64,000 nucleotides of DNA from Spirochaetia bacterium (GCA_963668315.1 OY764216.1:4736001-4800000); one strand, 5' to 3'. Counted from the stretch's first letter, positions 10,120 through 20,014 are shown. Numbers and translations are program-made. Notes: generated from the sequence alone by a model not told the origin.

Positions 10120-11454
10120 ATGGGAAAAGAATTTACTTCGGTAGAAGAAGGGTTCCTCTGGATGGAATCCCTTTCCAATATGGAAAGAAATGACAGGGAC
10201 AAGAAACGAGCCTACCGCCTGGAACGGATGGTGGAGCTATGTCATCATTTTGACGACCCCCAGGACTTCTGTCCCGTCGTTCATATAGCCGGTTCCAAAG
10301 GAAAAGGGTCAACAGCGGCATTCACGGCCCACATCCTCGCTTCAGAGGGAATGAAAACCGGACTCTATACCTCTCCCCATCTGGTGAATTACCGCGAGAG
10401 AATTCGTATTATTGAAGATGGGGCCGATGATCTTTATGCCCGGGACACTCTCCTCCTCACCCTCATGAACAGGATCAGGGAAAATCTCGACATATGGGAA
10501 CTGACAGGGGGGTATCCCACCACCTTTGAGTTATTGACCCTACTGGCATTTCTTCTCTTCCGCGAGGAGAAATGTGACTATGTCGTACTGGAGACAGGCC
10601 TGGGGGGAAGACTGGACGCGACCAATGTCTGCCGTCCTTCAGTGACACTTATCACTCCGGTGGAAAAAGAGCATACTAGCTTTCTGGGCAATACCCTTGC
10701 GGAAATCGCCGGAGAGAAGGGGGGAATAATTAAAGAGGGAATTCCCCTGCTGCTGTCCCCTCAGAAGGATGAAGCCCTGGCCGTTTTATCGGAGAAAAGC
10801 AGGAAAATGAATGCCCCTCTTATTCTGTTTTCCGATCTTATTGACGGCTACCGGGTGAAGTACCTTCCCGAAGGTATCATGGATGTTAGCTATGAATGGA
10901 AAGAAAACCTTCCCTATCCGCCCCATGTGTCGCTTCCCCTCTTCGGAACGGTTCAGGCGGAGAACGCCGCCATGGCGATCGGAGCCGTAAAAACTCTTCT
11001 CCCCGGTCTCGGCAATGAGACGGTTTGTCAGGGTCTCAGGCGAACCTCTCTGCCGGGCAGATCACAAATTCTTTCACAGAATCCGTTTATCATGCTGGAC
11101 GGCTCCCATACACCCCGTTCCACCGAAGCGATAAGAGATGCCTTTCTGAAAATAACAAAAGACGCGCCCAGGCGTATCTTACTCTTCGGATGCGCCGCCG
11201 ATAAGGATGCAAAGGCTATGGCGGAAGTTCTGGCCGGTTCTTTCGATGAAATCATCATATCCCGCCCCGGCACCTTCAAGGAGAGCGATCCCGCCCAGGT
11301 GGCCCGTATTTTTTCCGAGTACGCCCCCTGCCGACTGCTGATAGATCCCGTCGATGCCGTAGAATCGGCCAGAAACGGACTGTCCGAAGGAGGAGCTCTC
11401 CTGGTAACCGGATCATTCTATCTGGCCGGGGAAGTATATAATGCCCTTTCGTAG
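10120..11454 (+). CDS. folC: Folylpolyglutamate/dihydrofolate synthase
   Basis: HIAGSKGKGST, YTSPHL..RERI, ETGLGGRLDATNV, DGSHTP, TGSFYLAGE. Confidence 0.93.
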   Translation: MGKEFTSVEEGFLWMESLSNMERNDRDKKRAYRLERMVELCHHFDDPQDFCPVVHIAGSKGKGSTAAFTAHILASEGMKTGLYTSPHLVNYRERIRIIEDGADDLYARDTLLLTLMNRIRENLDIWELTGGYPTTFELLTLLAFLLFREEKCDYVVLETGLGGRLDATNVCRPSVTLITPVEKEHTSFLGNTLAEIAGEKGGIIKEGIPLLLSPQKDEALAVLSEKSRKMNAPLILFSDLIDGYRVKYLPEGIMDVSYEWKENLPYPPHVSLPLFGTVQAENAAMAIGAVKTLLPGLGNETVCQGLRRTSLPGRSQILSQNPFIMLDGSHTPRSTEAIRDAFLKITKDAPRRILLFGCAADKDAKAMAEVLAGSFDEIIISRPGTFKESDPAQVARIFSEYAPCRLLIDPVDAVESARNGLSEGGALLVTGSFYLAGEVYNALS

Positions 11455-13630
11455 GCTCCTCCCCTTTTGGGGATTCCTATTCCTCCTCTCGGGGCTTTAT
11501 GCCCTGACGGGAGAGGATACCATCCAAGCCCACTACCCCTGTCCTGAGGGTTCGGAGAATGAATTCACCCTTATCGAATTTCTGATCGACGAGTTTTCCG
11601 CAAACGATCTGAATTATTCGGTCATCCGTTATTACGACAGGGATGACCTGCACTCTTTTTCCCGTTCACTCAGGGTGGATTATCTCCCCGAACAGCAGGA
11701 ACGTCTCTACATAGCCCTTTCATTGAACGGTTCTTCGGACTACTCCTATCTGAATACCCTTATTCTTTACAACCTGGCTCTGATACTGGGAGAGGATTCC
11801 CCGGAGAGAGGAATCACCCTGCTCTTCCTGGGCGGAGAAAGAAACAGAATTCCCGTGGGCTCCGCCGCTTTTCTGGAAGATTTCACCGGCGAGGAAACGG
11901 ATTCCCTCATCTACCTGGATCTGGATTCTTCCTCTCTACGGCTTATCAGCAGTACACGGGGCCACAACTGCCCTTTGTGGCTGCTTCGTTCCTTTTCCCA
12001 GGCCCTCGACAGGGAGGATATATCTTTCTCCCTGGACGGGATGGCCAATCTCCTTAACCGCGCCGGATTCGGAGTTATCCATCCCCTTCTTGCCCCGTGG
12101 ATGTCCAGGGACGTCCCCTCACTACTGCTTACCGGCGGAGAAGCCGGCACGAACGACAGCGCCGGCTTCTCCGCCGCCTCCATCCTGGCAAGCCTCAAGT
12201 CCTATGTAAAGAGTCCTCTTCCGAAAGAGAGGGATAACAGGGAGAAGAATTATCTCATCCTTTCCTGGCGAGGCAGCTTCTTCTTTATCGGGGAGTGGCA
12301 CTCCCTTCTCACGATAATAGCTCTGCTCAGCCTTTTTACCATAACCGTCGTTTTCCAGAGCCGGAATTTCACCTTGAATTTCCGTAAGAATAAGGGAAAC
12401 ATCTGGGTTCTAGTTCTTATTTTTTCCCTGGTCTTTGTCCTTCTCTACCTCTCTACACTCATCATGGAGGAGATCCTTCTTCAAAAGAACATAGCCGATC
12501 TCTGGACCCTTACCCCCCGGCTCGTTCTTTTCTTCAAACTGCTTCTGACCCTGCTTTTCTCTTCCTTTTTCCTGTTTATTATCCGCGGTATTCCCATACC
12601 CCGTTCGCCCCATTTCTATAGTTACGGGGCGATTCTTTTTGCCATAGCTGATCTCCTGCTCCTTTCATCCCGGGATATTACCCTCACCTACTATGCTCTC
12701 TGGCTTCTTTTATGCCTATTTCCCTTCTCTCTCACCCGCAAGATGATTTTTAAAACATTTCTGACCCTGCTGACTCCCGTCCCCATGCTCTATCTGCTGA
12801 CAACGGTGGTTCTGGCACGCTATCCCGATCTTTCCAGATATATACTGATGGACAGAATAGAGGGCAATCTGGTCATCACCGCCTTTCTCATGCCCTATAT
12901 TCTCATGCTGACCAGCCTCCATTACAGCCGGTATTACTATCACCGCGAAAGAAGGAGCTATACAGCCCTGGCCGTATTCACCCTGGTACCCGCTGCGACC
13001 ATCTATATCCTTGTCCGTATTATTCTGTACTCCCCCTTTACGGAAGAGATCAAACAGCCCTATATCCTGACGGACAGGATGGATTACGCCGCGGAGAGAC
13101 GGACCATAGAACTGACGAGTCCCCAGCAAATGGGAACGGTTGAGCTGAAATACGCCGGGCTGACCCTCCTGCTTAACAGTCTGGGCGAGGAAGCAACCAT
13201 CAATGGGAGACTAAACGATTCCTACCTGTCCTACCAGGGGGAAATAAGCTCATTCCTCAACAGAAAGAGACTCCTCTTAAGACTTCAGCCCGAAGGACGA
13301 CCGATCAGCCTGGAGGTACGCCTCTATACCGATGAGGGGCAGATAACCATATATGACTGCAACTTTCCCTATATTAACCGTTCGGACAATAGAGAAAGCC
13401 GCATCATCATAGGCAATAATCCGCTCTTCCCGCTTGATCTGGACCTGACGGTGACCCTGGAGACGAAACCGACTCTGGAGTTCATCATGACCTATGACGA
13501 TCCGCCTCTGGATCCGCCGGAGATTCTCAATAAACCGGCCGTCATTACCCACAGACTTATACTCAGAGACGAGCTGGATCTCTCTCTTGAGAAAGGGGAT
13601 TACCTTTTTCCCGAAGGGCCGAAGAAGTGA
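11441..13630 (+). CDS. Hypothetical polytopic membrane protein with periplasmic domains (possibly a degenerate M28-peptidase-like N-domain)
   Basis: Signal peptide, about 280-aa soluble region, about 8 TM helices, C-terminal soluble domain; overlaps the folC stop. Confidence 0.65.
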   Translation: MPFRRLLPFWGFLFLLSGLYALTGEDTIQAHYPCPEGSENEFTLIEFLIDEFSANDLNYSVIRYYDRDDLHSFSRSLRVDYLPEQQERLYIALSLNGSSDYSYLNTLILYNLALILGEDSPERGITLLFLGGERNRIPVGSAAFLEDFTGEETDSLIYLDLDSSSLRLISSTRGHNCPLWLLRSFSQALDREDISFSLDGMANLLNRAGFGVIHPLLAPWMSRDVPSLLLTGGEAGTNDSAGFSAASILASLKSYVKSPLPKERDNREKNYLILSWRGSFFFIGEWHSLLTIIALLSLFTITVVFQSRNFTLNFRKNKGNIWVLVLIFSLVFVLLYLSTLIMEEILLQKNIADLWTLTPRLVLFFKLLLTLLFSSFFLFIIRGIPIPRSPHFYSYGAILFAIADLLLLSSRDITLTYYALWLLLCLFPFSLTRKMIFKTFLTLLTPVPMLYLLTTVVLARYPDLSRYILMDRIEGNLVITAFLMPYILMLTSLHYSRYYYHRERRSYTALAVFTLVPAATIYILVRIILYSPFTEEIKQPYILTDRMDYAAERRTIELTSPQQMGTVELKYAGLTLLLNSLGEEATINGRLNDSYLSYQGEISSFLNRKRLLLRLQPEGRPISLEVRLYTDEGQITIYDCNFPYINRSDNRESRIIIGNNPLFPLDLDLTVTLETKPTLEFIMTYDDPPLDPPEILNKPAVITHRLILRDELDLSLEKGDYLFPEGPKK

Positions 13631-15240
13631 GGTCTTTTGATTTTTTTTGTCGCCGTTTTCAGAAAAGGTTCACTCCTTTCCCTTACCTCATATAGAAAGG
13701 AGCCGGAAGGAAGCTTTTTGTTGATACGGTTCCTGATTTCTTCCAGGACAGCAATAAGACGCCCTTTAGCGCCTCCCATACCGTTCTGATTCAGATATTC
13801 GCCATTGGGATAAACATGGGCGATCAGCTTCCCCTCTTCCATCATAACCATGACCTCTTCCACAGCCGGCTCTCCGATGAGCAGGGCTTCGATGGCCTCG
13901 GGGTAAATATTCTCCCCGGAGGAGTTGACAATCACGTTCTTCGAGCGGCCTTTCAGAAAAAGGAAACCGTCCTCATCCATATAGCCCTTGTCCCCCGTTA
14001 TGAACCAGCCGTCCTCGGTGAATACGGCTTTCGTGGCGTCCGGATCCTTAAGATAGCCGGTCATGACCTGGGGGCCCCTTACTTCTATGTCACCGACTCC
14101 GTCTTCCCGGGAGATATTCACGATGCGAATCTCCGTATTGCCTATGCCATGTCCCACGGAACCGGATTTCACTTCTTCCAGGGAAGCAAAAGTTATAAGT
14201 GGTGAAGTCTCGGTCAATCCGTAGCCGAGTACATAGGGGATATGCCCCTCCTTAAGGAAAAGCTCCACTTCGGGGCTGAACGGGGCTCCTCCTATGATGA
14301 TACAGCGTATTTTTCCCCCCAGAAAGTGCAGGATCTTCCCTGCCGCCAATCGGTGGAAGATCTTTCTCGTGGGGGGAATTTTTCCGAAGAAAACGCGGGT
14401 GAAACGGTTTCTGTTCTTCACGGGCAGAATCTGCTTCTGGTAGATTTTCTCGAAAATCAGGGGGACAGCTCCCAGAATCGTCGGTTTGTTTCGCTTGAAA
14501 GCATCGGCCAGATAGGGCACGGTGGGCTTTCTTTTTAAAAAAGCGATACGCGGCCCCTTGTACATGGTGGAAAGAAAGGCCGAAGTAGAACCGAAGGTAT
14601 GTCCCACGGGAAGCAGGGAAAGGACCAGAGACTCTTCATCAAAACAGTTATCAATCAGGTCGGTCCCCTCGAAAAGGTTGGAGACGAGATTCCCGTGACT
14701 CAGGATGACCCCCTTGGAGAAACCGGTGGTACCGGAAGTATACATATACTCCGCCGGATCACACTCTTCAATTTCCACCGGGGGATTTTCCTCCATGGCA
14801 GAGATGCTTTTTCCAGATTTGAGGATTTCCCCGTTTCCCAGATTATACAGAAAATCCATCCGGTGAAACTCGTCCAGTTCCCAGGAGAGGAAACGCGGAT
14901 CGAGACAGAGACCTTTGGCTTCGGAATGGGTAAGAATATGCCTGACATCGTCCCGGGCGAAATCTTCCATTATGGGAACGGCAATGATTCCCGAAGTCAT
15001 GGCGGCCATCCACATGACAGCCCACCGGACAGAGCCGGCGGCGAGCAGCGCCAGAACGTCTCCCTTGGAAAAGCCCTGCTGCCAAAGCAGTTCACGGGCC
15101 TCTTCGACCTGACGGTAGAATTCCCCGTAGCTGATGAAGGATTCTCCTTCCATTGCCAGAAAAGGCCTCTTCTCATAGGTTAGGCAGCACTGTTTCAGAA
15201 AACGGTCCATAGTGTACCGGTCAAGGCCGAATTTACCCAT
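13600..15240 (-). CDS. Long-chain acyl-CoA synthetase (AMP-binding family)
   Basis: YTSGTTGFSKG, GYGLTETSP, GWFITGD, GRSKNVIV..GENIYPE. Confidence 0.9.
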   Translation of the reverse strand: MGKFGLDRYTMDRFLKQCCLTYEKRPFLAMEGESFISYGEFYRQVEEARELLWQQGFSKGDVLALLAAGSVRWAVMWMAAMTSGIIAVPIMEDFARDDVRHILTHSEAKGLCLDPRFLSWELDEFHRMDFLYNLGNGEILKSGKSISAMEENPPVEIEECDPAEYMYTSGTTGFSKGVILSHGNLVSNLFEGTDLIDNCFDEESLVLSLLPVGHTFGSTSAFLSTMYKGPRIAFLKRKPTVPYLADAFKRNKPTILGAVPLIFEKIYQKQILPVKNRNRFTRVFFGKIPPTRKIFHRLAAGKILHFLGGKIRCIIIGGAPFSPEVELFLKEGHIPYVLGYGLTETSPLITFASLEEVKSGSVGHGIGNTEIRIVNISREDGVGDIEVRGPQVMTGYLKDPDATKAVFTEDGWFITGDKGYMDEDGFLFLKGRSKNVIVNSSGENIYPEAIEALLIGEPAVEEVMVMMEEGKLIAHVYPNGEYLNQNGMGGAKGRLIAVLEEIRNRINKKLPSGSFLYEVRERSEPFLKTATKKIKRPHFFGPSGKR

Positions 15241-15351
15241 TTTTACCTCGTTATATAATAATCAATTCTTTTTTTTTGTATCTATTCCCACATATAGAAA
15301 GGAAATAGATGTCTAATGATAATATCATATCCATAAATTGTCAATTTTATA

Positions 15352-15413
15352 TTGAAAGACCACATGTAGTGTGATAAAATGCATTTAACATTGATTAACA
15401 CTTCTTATAGTGG
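15352..15413 (+). promoter_or_regulatory. nrdR-nrdD promoter with two NrdR boxes
   Basis: TTGAAA (15352)-17 bp-TGnTAAAAT. NrdR-box-like AGACCACATGTAGTGT (15357-72) in the spacer and ACACTTCTTATAGTGG (15398-413), 41 bp apart. Confidence 0.75.
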
Positions 15414-15437
15414 CTCCAAAAATAAAGGATTTTGTCC

Positions 15438-15911
15438 ATGAAATGCCCTTTCTGCGGAAAGTTGGATGACAAAGTACTGGAATCGCGTCAGAACGGAATA
15501 GGAACGACTATCCGTAGACGAAGGGAATGCCTTTCCTGCGGTTACCGCTTTACATCCTATGAAAAAATTGAAGAAATAACCATCAAGGTTATCAAAAGGG
15601 ACGGAAGCCGGGATCCATTCGATAAGAAGAAAATAGAGCGGGGTCTGCTCAGAGCGATTGAAAAGCGCCCCGTGTCCCAGCTGGAGATCGATGACATCCT
15701 TAATGCCCTTGAGGATGAAGTCGAAATGAAATGCCGGGCGACCCATGAAATCCTGGCTTCAGAACTGGGTGACATGGTAATGGACAGGCTGTTTGATCTT
15801 GATAAGGTTGCTTATGTCCGCTTTGCTTCTGTCTATCAGAAGTTTGAGGGCGTAGAGGAATTTGTCGAGGTTATTCACAATCTATCTAAAAAAAATAACA
15901 AAAAAAAATAG
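15438..15911 (+). CDS. nrdR: Transcriptional repressor NrdR
   Basis: MKCPFC..DKVLESR..IRRRREC..C..RFTSYE, ATP-cone, DKVAYVRFASVY. Confidence 0.96.
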   Translation: MKCPFCGKLDDKVLESRQNGIGTTIRRRRECLSCGYRFTSYEKIEEITIKVIKRDGSRDPFDKKKIERGLLRAIEKRPVSQLEIDDILNALEDEVEMKCRATHEILASELGDMVMDRLFDLDKVAYVRFASVYQKFEGVEEFVEVIHNLSKKNNKKK

Positions 15912-15954
15912 AGAACAACGTAGTTGTTCATTAACATGCCTGTAAGGAGACAAC

Positions 15955-18060
15955 GTGACTAAGGGAGAAACTACGGACTGGAAACAGTTCCTTGGAGTGG
16001 AGAAGGGCTCCTCCGACCTGTCTAATTTCGCGGTTAAGCGGATTATCAAACGAGACGGGACTATAGAAAAATACAGCAGGGACAGAATAGCGGAGGCGAT
16101 AGAAAAAGCCATTACCGCCGTAGAGGATTCATCCGATGAAGAGCTGGCGACAATGCTCACCGACGCGGTGGAACAGAAACTTGTCCTTTTCATGGAAGGC
16201 CGCCATCCCAATTCCATCCCTGCCGTGGAGGAGATCCAGGATATCGTGGAAACGGTCCTGATCGAAAGCAAGAGGGTGGATCTGGCCAAAGCCTACATCC
16301 TCTACAGGGCTAAGCACGAAGCGATCAGGGATGCACAGAAGCTGATGCTCGATATTAATGAGACCATGGACGGATACCTGTCCCAGGCAGACTGGAGAGT
16401 GAATGAGAATGCGAATGTCAATTTCTCACTGGGAGGACTCATTCTCCACAATTCCGGCACGGTAACGGCCAACTACTGGCTCAGGAACATCTACTCAGCC
16501 GATGTGGCCGACGCCCATAAGTCGGGTGCCATGCATATCCATGACCTGTCCATGTTCTCCGGCTACTGCGCCGGCTGGTCCATCAGGCAGCTCATAGCAG
16601 AAGGTCTGGGCGGTGTACCCGAGAAAATCACCTCCAAGCCGGCGGCTCACCTTTCCACTCTGGTCTTTCAGATCGTCAACTTCCTGGGAATTATGCAGAA
16701 CGAATGGGCCGGAGCCCAGGCTCTTGCCAGCTTCGATACCTACCTGGCTCCCTTTGTGAAGGTGGACAATCTCTCCTTCAAGGAAGTGAAGCAGTGCATC
16801 CAGAGCTTTGTCTTCGGAGTCAACACTCCTTCGCGCTGGGGTTCTCAGGCTCCTTTTACCAACATTACCATGGACTGGACCGTTCCGGCCGACCTGGCGG
16901 AGAAAGCGGCTATCGTAGGCGGAGAGGAACAGGATTTCACCTACGGCGACTGTAAGGCCGAGATGGACATGCTCAACAAAGCCTTTATCGAGCTGATGCT
17001 TGAGGGAGACGCAAGCGGAAGAGGTTTCGCCTACCCCATCCCTACGTACAACATTACCGAGGATTTTGACTGGGAGTCACCCAATTCCCAGCTGCTCTTC
17101 GAAATGACGGCCAAATACGGTACACCCTATTTCCAGAATTTCATCAATTCCGATCTGAATCCCAGCGACGTGCGTTCCATGTGCTGCCGTCTGCAGCTGG
17201 ATAAACGGGAGCTGAGGAAACGGGGTGGCGGACTTTTCGGATCGGACGAGTTCACCGGTTCACTGGGCGTTGTCACCATCAATCTGCCCCGCATCGGTTA
17301 TCTGGCCGAGAACAAGGTGGATTTTTACGCCCGTCTGAGCCATATGATGGATCTGGCCTCCGAATCTCTGGTTGTGAAGAGAAAAGTGATCAGCCATCTT
17401 CTGGATGCGGGTCTATTCCCCTATACCAAGCGGTATCTCCAGCACTTGAACAACCACTTCTCCACCATCGGTCTCGTGGGTATGAACGAATGTCTCATCA
17501 ATTTCATTGGGAAGGACATCACCACCGAAGACGGAAGCCGTCTGGCCGAAGAGATCCTTGATTTCATGAGAAAACGGCTGGCCGATTATCAGGAGGATAC
17601 GGGCGACCTTTACAACCTGGAAGCGACTCCCGCGGAGAGTACCAGTTACCGCCTGGCCCTTCACGACAAGAAGCACTACCCGGAGATTCTTACCGCCGGC
17701 ACGGAAGACTCTCCCTACTATACCAACTCGACTCAGCTGCCCGTCAACTTCACCGAAGATCTTTTCGATGCGCTTGACCGACAGGATCCCCTGCAGACCA
17801 AGTATACGGGCGGAACCGTATTCCACGGTTTTCTCGGGGAATCCATCAAAGAGTGGAAGAGCTGTATGGAACTGGTAAAGGCCATCTGCAACAACTACCG
17901 CCTGCCCTATTTCACGATCTCCCCCACCTACTCCATCTGTCCCTGCCACGGATACCTGGAAGGGGAACACTTCAGCTGTCCCCACTGTGAAAAGGAGCTC
18001 GAGCAGGCCAGAAAGGAATTGCAGAAGCTGGAAGAGGACAGGGAAACGATCGCCGGTTAG
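15955..18060 (+). CDS. nrdD: Anaerobic (class III) ribonucleoside-triphosphate reductase, large part lacking the glycyl-radical motif
   Basis: ATP-cone, HIHDL, SMCCRL finger loop, NLEATPAES, YTGGTVFH, C-terminal CPCH..CPHC Zn site; ends before any R-x-x-G-Y motif. Confidence 0.93.
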   Translation: MTKGETTDWKQFLGVEKGSSDLSNFAVKRIIKRDGTIEKYSRDRIAEAIEKAITAVEDSSDEELATMLTDAVEQKLVLFMEGRHPNSIPAVEEIQDIVETVLIESKRVDLAKAYILYRAKHEAIRDAQKLMLDINETMDGYLSQADWRVNENANVNFSLGGLILHNSGTVTANYWLRNIYSADVADAHKSGAMHIHDLSMFSGYCAGWSIRQLIAEGLGGVPEKITSKPAAHLSTLVFQIVNFLGIMQNEWAGAQALASFDTYLAPFVKVDNLSFKEVKQCIQSFVFGVNTPSRWGSQAPFTNITMDWTVPADLAEKAAIVGGEEQDFTYGDCKAEMDMLNKAFIELMLEGDASGRGFAYPIPTYNITEDFDWESPNSQLLFEMTAKYGTPYFQNFINSDLNPSDVRSMCCRLQLDKRELRKRGGGLFGSDEFTGSLGVVTINLPRIGYLAENKVDFYARLSHMMDLASESLVVKRKVISHLLDAGLFPYTKRYLQHLNNHFSTIGLVGMNECLINFIGKDITTEDGSRLAEEILDFMRKRLADYQEDTGDLYNLEATPAESTSYRLALHDKKHYPEILTAGTEDSPYYTNSTQLPVNFTEDLFDALDRQDPLQTKYTGGTVFHGFLGESIKEWKSCMELVKAICNNYRLPYFTISPTYSICPCHGYLEGEHFSCPHCEKELEQARKELQKLEEDRETIAG

Positions 18061-18135
18061 GGAATAGCCGTTTTTCGTTACACCTTTGGAAAATAATCTG
18101 CCTTGACCCGCTCAAGGCATACGAGGAGAGAGATA

Positions 18136-18756
18136 ATGACATTAGAAAGCATAGACAGCAGAATTGACGAAATCAATAACAGAATCAAAGCGATTGAAGG
18201 AAGACCGACGGAAGTCTACAGCCGCATCGTAGGATATTACCGCTCCGTTAAAAACTGGAACAATGGAAAAAGCGCCGAGTATAAAGTACGCAAAACCTTC
18301 ATGGAACCGGAAATTACGCCCTGCCAGCCCCCGGTCCTCAATGTGGAGTTCATAGATGAAACACCCGTGGCAGAACAGGCCGTTGCCGTAACGGAAGCCG
18401 CGGCGGAAACTGTAAGCAGTGATGCCGATGACAGCCAGGCCGATCTCTTCGCCATGGACGATGCTCCCGCCGTATCTTTATCGGCAGATGAAGTGGGAAG
18501 CTACTCTTTCTTTTTCCGGAATACCTGTCCCAATTGTCCCCCTGTAAAGGAATTGATCTCCCAGCTTGGATGGGATGGACAGCATATCAATGTGGATGAG
18601 GAAGAGGGTCTAAATGCGGCAGTGGAGCATAACGTATTCACCGCCCCCACGGTCATCGTCTTCTCCCCCGAGGGAAATGAGATTTTCCGGACCGATAACG
18701 TAAAGGGCCTGAAAGAGTTCATAGAGAGCAGTGCCCAGACCGTCTCTGCCGTTTAA
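18136..18756 (+). CDS. NrdD glycyl-radical domain fused to a glutaredoxin/thioredoxin-like domain
   Basis: TEVYSRIVGYYRSVKNWNNGK (NrdD C-terminal Gly-radical motif), acidic linker, TCPNCPP and TAPT redoxin motifs; own SD GAGGAG at 18123. Confidence 0.88.
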   Translation: MTLESIDSRIDEINNRIKAIEGRPTEVYSRIVGYYRSVKNWNNGKSAEYKVRKTFMEPEITPCQPPVLNVEFIDETPVAEQAVAVTEAAAETVSSDADDSQADLFAMDDAPAVSLSADEVGSYSFFFRNTCPNCPPVKELISQLGWDGQHINVDEEEGLNAAVEHNVFTAPTVIVFSPEGNEIFRTDNVKGLKEFIESSAQTVSAV

Positions 18757-19437
18757 ATGAAATTCGGATTGCAGAAAACCACTTTACTCGATTATCCGGG
18801 TAAAGTGGCGGCCATTCTTTTTACACCCGGATGTAATCTCCGCTGCCCCTATTGTCATAATCCGGAACTTGTTTCCGGAGGAGATGATGAGGGGCTCATC
18901 AGTCTTGATGAGGTTCGGGCTTTTCTTCTCAAACGCTCTTCCGTCCTGGGCGGTGTCGTCATCACGGGCGGAGAACCATTACTCCACGGGAATAAAATCC
19001 TGGACCTTATCAATGAAATTCACTCGCTGGGACTTTCCGTAAAAATCGATACGAACGGTCTCTTTCCCGATTTGCTTCCCCTTCTCGGGGCAGATTTCAT
19101 AGCCATGGACCTTAAAACATCTCCTTTACGCTATGGTGAACTGGGCTGCGGAATGCCCGATTATCAGGAGAGACTGAAGCGTTCAGCCCGATGGATCATT
19201 GAATCGGGAATAGAACACCAGTTCCGTACAACCCTTTGCGAAGACTTTATCAAAGAGAAGGATGTCTCCGATATGGCGGATCTTATACAGGGCTGTCAGA
19301 GTCACCGTATAACCCCTTTCCGCCCCGGCAGAACGCTGCACAGGGATTGGATCGACAAACCGGCTCCTTCGGGGGAATACGTGGAAATGATTAAAGAACT
19401 CTTTATAAAAAAAGGAATCCCCAGTCATACAGCATAA
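18757..19437 (+). CDS. nrdG: Anaerobic RNR activating enzyme (radical SAM)
   Basis: LLDYPGKVAAILFTPGCNLRCPYCHN, ITGGEP, DTNG, FRTT. Confidence 0.92.
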   Translation: MKFGLQKTTLLDYPGKVAAILFTPGCNLRCPYCHNPELVSGGDDEGLISLDEVRAFLLKRSSVLGGVVITGGEPLLHGNKILDLINEIHSLGLSVKIDTNGLFPDLLPLLGADFIAMDLKTSPLRYGELGCGMPDYQERLKRSARWIIESGIEHQFRTTLCEDFIKEKDVSDMADLIQGCQSHRITPFRPGRTLHRDWIDKPAPSGEYVEMIKELFIKKGIPSHTA

Positions 19438-19480
19438 AGCGATGACACGGAGATTCCCATTTACGGGAAAGGAATTCCCC

Positions 19481-19918
19481 TTACCCCTTTAAGACGGAAA
19501 CAATCCGTTCCAGTACTTTCTTTCTGTCGAGGGGTTTGACAATATAGTTTTTCGCTCCGGTAATAAGAGCCCGTTTAACCAAATCTTCCTTGCCGAGAGC
19601 GCTGATCATAATGATTTTTGCATTACTGTCAAACTCGACAAGTTTTTCAAGAGCCGTCAGTCCGTCCATTCGCGGCATCGTTATATCCAGCGTTACCAGA
19701 TCAACATTGGGTGATAGGCTCTTATACATTTCAAGACCCTCCACTCCGTCACCGGCTTCGCCTACAATCTCAAAACCCTCTGATGTCAAAATCTGTGACA
19801 ATTGCTTTCTAACAAACATGGAATCATCTATAAGAAGAACCTTGTAGGGTACGCCCAGTTCGTTGAGCCCATCAGGGTTTTTGGCGTTTATGGTTGGGAA
19901 GTCAGCATTCGCTTTCAT
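19481..19918 (-). CDS. cheY: Chemotaxis response regulator CheY, spirochaete type with N-terminal extension
   Basis: DFPTIN..G.PYKVLLIDDS, LDITMPRMDG, ISA, KP; the extension resembles Treponema CheY and Borrelia CheY3. Confidence 0.8.
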   Translation of the reverse strand: MKANADFPTINAKNPDGLNELGVPYKVLLIDDSMFVRKQLSQILTSEGFEIVGEAGDGVEGLEMYKSLSPNVDLVTLDITMPRMDGLTALEKLVEFDSNAKIIMISALGKEDLVKRALITGAKNYIVKPLDRKKVLERIVSVLKG

Positions 19919-20014
19919 CTAGTCCTCCTGGAAAATCTCTCTAATTAGTTTATAACATTTCGCCATTTGATGCAAAGATTTTTATTTTTTTTTCCCCTAT
20001 TGCATCAACGCGCC

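Noticed and set aside
18058..18135. Stop-codon readthrough, Sec/Pyl recoding or a sequencing error joining nrdD to the downstream ORF
   Set aside because: Two in-frame stops (TAG and TAA), a non-coding-looking spacer and a dedicated SD argue for two real genes
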